A stretch of 64,000 nt of DNA. Origin: Octopus bimaculoides (Eukaryota). This document shows, in pieces, positions 62,876-64,000 of the stretch. The position numbers and the translations under genes are program-made. Position 1 is the first letter of the stretch, and each line of letters begins with the position of its first letter. The notes below the pieces were generated by a model. That model was not told the origin of the DNA, did no database searches, and worked only from the letters and a program-made list of their open reading frames with translations. The DNA lies in the NCBI RefSeq assembly GCF_001194135.2, contig NC_068997.1:37487044-37551043 (forward strand), given 5' to 3'.

Positions 62876-63746
62876 TAGGCCTGATCAATAAGTATCCAGA
62901 CTGTTGCCATTGTAATGAAGCTAAAGCTTGCAGAGAAAGCCAGTTCGCAGAGATTGACCTTGAACACTGCTGTGCATGTGCACTAAGTTTTAATATCCAA
63001 GCTCACTTCCACTGTTTACAGCAGTGCTCGGAAGGAACGTGTGTAGCATGTGATTGTTGCATTGACCATGACAGAGAAAGTTGAGCAGAGAATCTGCATC
63101 AAATTTTGCCAGAAGTCTGGTCATACCTGCTCAGAGGCCTATGCAAAGGTTTCAAAAAGTTTTCATGATTCTCGACACAATCAAGGAGATCTTGTGCAAT
63201 TGAATCTCGAGTGTCTTTTTGGTCAGCTGAAAGCAGTTTTGGTACAGACTTGGCAGACACAAGTCTCATACCTAAATTTTCAGTGATAAAGTACTGAACT
63301 GAACTGTAACTAATCTGCACATCTTTTGATAACTCAAGGGTAGTGATTCCCCCCACAGCTGCATGCACCTCTGCAATGTTTTCTCAGTTCTGCCGGTTGC
63401 AGGTCTCCTAGAACGTTTATCACTATCAACATTTTTTTGGCCGTCTTGGAAACGTCTAAACCCTGTGCAGCTCATACACTCTTCTCCATACACTTTATGT
63501 AAATTTGTGTAGGCCTCTGAGTAGGTATCACCATGACAGCTTTATCTGTCATGGTCAGTGCGATGATCACATGCTACACACCTTACTTCCAAGCATTGCT
63601 GTAAACAGTAGAAGTGAGCTAGAATGTTAAAACTTAGTGCACATGCACAACAGAGTTCAAGATTAATCTGTGCCAAACAGCTTAACACTCTGTGCTTTAG
63701 CTTCGTTACGATGACAACAGTCCGGATACTTATTGATCAGACCTTG
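62875..63746. mobile_element. Rearranged mariner made of two inverted 5' ends, TA on both flanks
   Basis: TA|ctaggcctgatcaataagtatccagac ... gtccggatacttattgatcagaccttg|TA; ~270-bp arms that each include the 5'UTR and ATG; core encodes only the N-terminal HTH region (SAKSVPKLL) on the - strand. Confidence 0.88.
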
Positions 63747-63956
63747 TATGTATATATGATGCAATGTTGATTTTGCTAGTATTTCTATCTATATATTAAC
63801 TTTGCAATGTAAAAGGAGCACAGTCATGTGATAGAGCAAATTTATAACATTTATTAGAAACTGGGTAATTTACATCATATTTCTCAGAGTTTCTGGAAGC
63901 AATATTTTGATAGAATTAATGATGGAATGAAGTGGTTGTTAGAATACTGCACACAT

Positions 63957-64000
<44 letters not shown>

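Overview
AT-rich, microsatellite-dense eukaryotic genomic DNA with several N gaps. The SINE, LINE and microsatellite make-up suggests a coleoid cephalopod, probably Octopus (inference). The window holds one protein-coding gene on the + strand: a three-KH-domain poly(rC)-binding protein (PCBP/hnRNP E/mub family). I traced 9 coding exons from 9680 to 53514, all GT-AG and phase-compatible. They include a 24-nt and a 33-nt micro-exon separated by a 22.5-kb intron that splits the KH1 GXXG loop. The first coding exon was not found and is probably upstream of the window; the last exon is uncertain. The introns are filled with decayed mobile elements: RTE, R4/Dong-like, Tx1/L1-like and Penelope-like retroelements, a gypsy integrase fragment, three tRNA/CORE/RTE-tail SINE-type families, mariner/Tc1 elements and several fold-back elements. 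The most unusual structures are (1) a 610-bp nested-palindrome element with a (CCCTAA)n(TTAGGG)n core about 1.2 kb downstream of the KH1 micro-exon, (2) a nested retroelement cluster built on (TAA/ATT)n microsatellites at 41-46.5 kb, and (3) a mariner made of two 5' ends. No rRNA, bona fide tRNA or CRISPR array is supported. No database searches were run, so family names come from motif recognition and element boundaries are approximate unless stated.
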